From Leucoraja ocellata (lineage: Eukaryota), in the NCBI GenBank assembly GCA_036785375.1, contig JAWMAR010002018.1, forward strand, positions 1 to 64,000: a DNA stretch of 64,000 nt, in the 5' to 3' direction. Of the stretch, positions 60,290-64,000 are shown in pieces. Position 1 is the stretch's first letter. The number at the start of each line of letters is the position of its first letter. Below the pieces are notes generated by a model that was not told where the DNA came from, ran no database searches, and saw nothing but the letters and a program-made list of their open reading frames with translations. A program made the translations under genes and the position numbers.

Positions 60290-60503
60290 GGGAGTTGTGA
60301 ATTTGTGGAATTCACTGCCACAGAGGGCAGTGGAGGCCAAGTCACTGGATGGATTTAAGAGAGAGTCAGATAGAGCTCTAGGGGCTAGTGGAATCAAGGG
60401 ATATGGGGAGAAGGCAGACACGGGTTATTGAATCAGCCATGATCACAATGAATGGCGGTGCTGGCCGAATGGCTTCCTCCTGCACATATTTTCTATGTTT
60501 CTA
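60290..60503 (+). mobile_element. CR1 3'-end fragment
   Basis: GAGTTGTGAATTTGTGGAATTCACTGCCACAGAGGGCAGTGGAGGCC...TTTCTATGTTTCTA. Confidence 0.85.
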
Positions 60504-61218
60504 GAACAGTAGCAAATTCTCAGCCTGCACATGAAAGAAGTCCTTCATTAGAGTAATTCTGGTGACCGGACACACATTGAGACTCACGTATGTAGAGATT
60601 CCTGTCCCTGCTCCCTTTCTGTACTCTGTGACTGAAACTCTTCACCCTTAATCTCCAACAACATGGAGACCTGGTCAGGTGCACTGACCTCTGCCCCTGA
60701 GGATAGAATTGAGAGTGGGCAGCCGATATATTTTAATTATTATATTAAACATATAATCATATTAATAAGAATGTACAAGGCATGAATAGTAAGATTACAA
60801 ATGACGCTAAAGTGGGTGATATTGTAGGTCGCAAAGATGGTTATCAAAAATTACAGCAGGATCTTGATCAGTTGGGCAAGTGGGCTGAGGAATGGTTAAT
60901 GGAGTTTTACTTTAATGCAGATAGATGGGAATAGTGTAGATGAGGCATCTTTGTTGGCATGGGCAAGTAGGGCCGAAGGGCCTGTTTCCATGCTCTATAA
61001 ATCTATGGCTTTAATTATATGTTTATTACAATAATTAATAATATAATTGATTATAAATTACTTACAGTGAGGAAGAAATATATAATCAACAGACATAAGC
61101 AGCAAATGGAATTCAGTCAGGAAATGTAACGAACTGTGATTACGAATACATGTACAATTGGTCATAAAGATAAATAATGTGGTTAAGAAGCCAGGATACT
61201 TGCCATATTCTGCATGGC

Positions 61219-61830
61219 ATAGAAACCAATGATGCAGGAGTAGGCCATTCAATACGATCATGGCTGATCATTTTAAATCAGTACCCTATTCCTGCTTCTC
61301 CCCATATCACTTGATTCTGTTAGCCCTAAGAGCTATATCTAACTCTCTCTTGAAAACATCCAGTGAATTGGCCTCCACTGCCTTCTGTGGCAGAGAATTC
61401 CACAGATTCACAACTCTCTGGGTGAAAAGGTTTTTCCTCATCTCCATCTCAGTCCTAGATGACCTACCACTTATTCTTAAACTGTGACCCCTGGTTCCGG
61501 ACTCCCCCAACATAGCAAACATTTTTCCTGCATATAGCCTGTCCAATCCCATAAGAATTTTATACGTTTCTATAAGATCCCCTCCCATCCTAAATTCCAG
61601 TGAATGCAAGCCCAGTGGATCCATTCTTTCATCATATGACAGTCCCGCCATCCCGGGAATTAACCTGGTGAACCAATGCTGCACTCCCTCAATAGCAAGA
61701 ATGTCGTCCCCCAAATTAGGAGACCAAAATTGCACACAATACTCCAGGTGCGGTCTCACCAGGGCCCTGTACAACTGCAGTAGGACCTCCTTCCTCCTGT
61801 ACTCAAATCCTCTCGCTATGAAGACCAACA
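61219..61830 (-). mobile_element. Relatively intact CR1 LINE 3' fragment
   Basis: FIARGFEYRRKEVLLQLYRALVRPHLEYCVQFWSP...FTQRVVNLWNSLPQKAVEA, followed by the CR1 3' UTR. Confidence 0.93.
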
Positions 61831-62436
61831 GGAAGCTCAATGGCAGCATTATATGAAACAATGATTAGAGTTCATTCCACTTAGATATTAGTATGTGCAC
61901 AGCTCTGGGCATGGACTGAGGAAAGGATCGGATAAACCAGTGCAGAGGAGATTAAGGGGATGCCTTATTCAGATTTAAGATGGAAACAGAGAATTGAGGT
62001 TTTCACCTGAAAAGGATGGGTTGAATCTGGAAATCACTGCCTGAAAGGGTTCTCAAGACAGACCTTCTTTAGTACCAGCCTGAGTAACCACTTGAAGACC
62101 TGTAGCTTCAATGACTGTGAGGTGAGTGTTGGGACATTTGGCCAATAAAGTGGGTCTGTCACAACTGTCTATGATTCTATGATGCACGGTCTTGCCAGGA
62201 TAGGTGATATTGGTGGCATGTACATGTCACTACAAATGTGAACATTTACTGTCCATCCCTACTTACACCCTGAATGCCTTGTTCAACCAGTTCAACCACA
62301 TTATTGTGGGTTTGGAGTCACAGGTAGCCAGATTGGCTATGGCATATTTCCATGGGAGTTTACATGAATTTATTTTAAGGACATATTACTATTGCTATTT
62401 GTCTTATTTAATTAACCATATTTAAATGTTCCGATG

Positions 62437-62587
62437 TGCAGGAAAGAACTGCAGATGCAGGTTTAAATGGAAGGTAGACAGGCTCAGCGGGACATGCAGC
62501 ATCTCTGGAGAGAAGGAATGGGTGACGTTTCTTCTCTCCAGAGATGCTGCCTATCCCGCTGAGTTACTCCAGCATTTTGCGTCTACC
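62437..62587. mobile_element. Fold-back Penelope-terminus element lacking the central hammerhead, with a decayed 15-bp TSD
   Basis: Arms join at GGTGACGTTTCTTCTCTCCAGAG. Flanks TTAAATGTTCCGATG / TTAAATTTCCCAATG. Confidence 0.75.
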
Positions 62588-62956
62588 TTAAATTTCCCAA
62601 TGGTTGGATTTGAACCCATTGGATAGCTACACAAGGTGACTGTGGGTACAGAAGCCATTAGATTGTTAGCAGTAATGACAATGATGAATCTGTTTCCAAT
62701 GACAGGAGAGTCAGGTCAGAGGCCAAAGATTTAATGCAATACAATGTCACTGTGTTTGAGAAAGTGTAGCCTGAGACTTCCAAAAAGCAATTAAGGAAAA
62801 AAATCACAAGGATGGGACTAATTCAACAACCCTGCCACAGACTAGCAAATCACAAAGACATCTATCAGTCCATGATTCTCAAAAATGGGGCAAAAACCTC
62901 AATAAAATTGCTGCTGATAAAATACTAACAAATGGTTAACAAATTAATCTCAGAAA

Positions 62957-64000
62957 TCTGAGGGACCGTGAGGGTTGGTAGGGGGAGAGGAGGTCAGTGA
63001 GATATGGGGGGGCCAAATGGTGGAGGGCTTTGTAGGTGAGGATCAGGATTTTGTAGGTGATCCGGTGGGAGATGGGAAGCCAGTGAAGTTGTTTGAGGAC
63101 TGGAGTGATATGATGCCAGGATTTGGTGTGGGTGATGAGTCGGGCGGCTGCGTTCTGGACCAGTTGGAGTCGGTTGATGTAGGTGGAGCTGATGCCAAGG
63201 AGAAGTGAGTTGCAATAGTCCAGTCGGGAGGAGATGAAGGCATGGATGAATCTTTCAGCAGCGGGCGGTGTGAAAGAGGGTCTGAGTTTGGCGATGTTGC
63301 GGAGATAAAAGAAGGAGGTTTTAATGACATGGCGGATGTGAGGCTCAAGGGAGAGGGTGGAATCAAAGATCACGCCAAGGTTGCGGGCCTGGGGAGATAG
63401 TGGTGCCGTCGATGGTGAGAGTGGGGTTATTGATTTTGCTGAGTGTGGCTTTGGAGCCTATGAGGAGGAATTCTGTCTTATCGCTGTTGAGTTTGAGGAA
63501 ATTATGTTGCATCCAGGTTTTTATAGCTGACAGTTGATATGGGAGGGGGGGGTTGTGGGGGGATTTGGTGCCAAGGTAGATCTGGGTGTCATCAGCGTAA
63601 CAATGGAAGTCCAGGTTGAAGTGGCGGAGTATCTGACCAAGGGGGAGGATGTAGATGATGAAGAGGAGGGGGCCGAGTACGGAGCCTTGGGGAACGCCTT
63701 GAGTGACTGTAGCAGAGGTGTGGTTGTGGAGAGAGATGAAGTGGGATCTGTTGGAAAGGTAGGAATGGAGCCAGCTGAGTGCAGAGCCTTCAATGCCGAG
63801 GTCTTTGAGTCTGGTGAGCAGGATGTTATGGTTCACTGTATCGAAGGCTGCGCTCAGGTTGAGGAGGATGAGGATGTTGAGGGAACCAGTGTCAGCAGAG
63901 GTGAGGAGGTCGTTGAGGACTTTGAGGAGAGCAGTTTCTGTGCTATAGAGGGGGCGAAAGCCAGATTGGAGGGGTTCAAGTAGGTTATACGCAAGGAGGT
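62957..64000 (-). mobile_element. L2-clade LINE RT region (frameshifted, continues beyond the window)
   Basis: GVPQGSVLGPLLFIIY, HCYADDTQIY, FLKLNSDKTE, IHAFISSRLDYCNSLL and LQLVQNAAAR...HITPVLKQLHWLP. Frameshift near 63365-63395. Confidence 0.93.

Noticed and set aside
59520-62950. 3' end of PRUNE1, expected here from synteny
   Set aside because: No recognisable coding exon; only repeats and an isolated minus-strand AATAAA near 59536. It cannot be supported from this window.

Overview
Vertebrate genomic DNA, most likely a cartilaginous fish (skate/ray). That assignment is inferred from the repeat families: CR1, HE1/V-type SINEs, Penelope termini and Rex/Babar. The window holds a block matching human 1q21.3 gene order. 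(1) CDC42SE1 on +: three coding exons, 78 aa, with a CRIB motif. (2) A C1orf56/MENT orthologue on -: one large coding exon broken by a 1-nt frameshift, with an expanded repeat region and a thrombospondin-like Cys/Trp module. (3) BNIPL on -: ten coding exons, 369 aa, BNIP2-N plus BCH domain. A possible first exon of a divergent gene (MLLT11 by synteny) lies at the left edge, separated from the CDC42SE1 promoter by a 1.4-kb G/T-rich tandem array. Introns contain many LINE, SINE and DNA-transposon relics. These include a dispersed family of very short Penelope-derived inserts that carry a minimal hammerhead-ribozyme motif, are often arranged as fold-back palindromes, and have 13-15 bp target-site duplications. 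All calls were made by reading the sequence; no database search was run.
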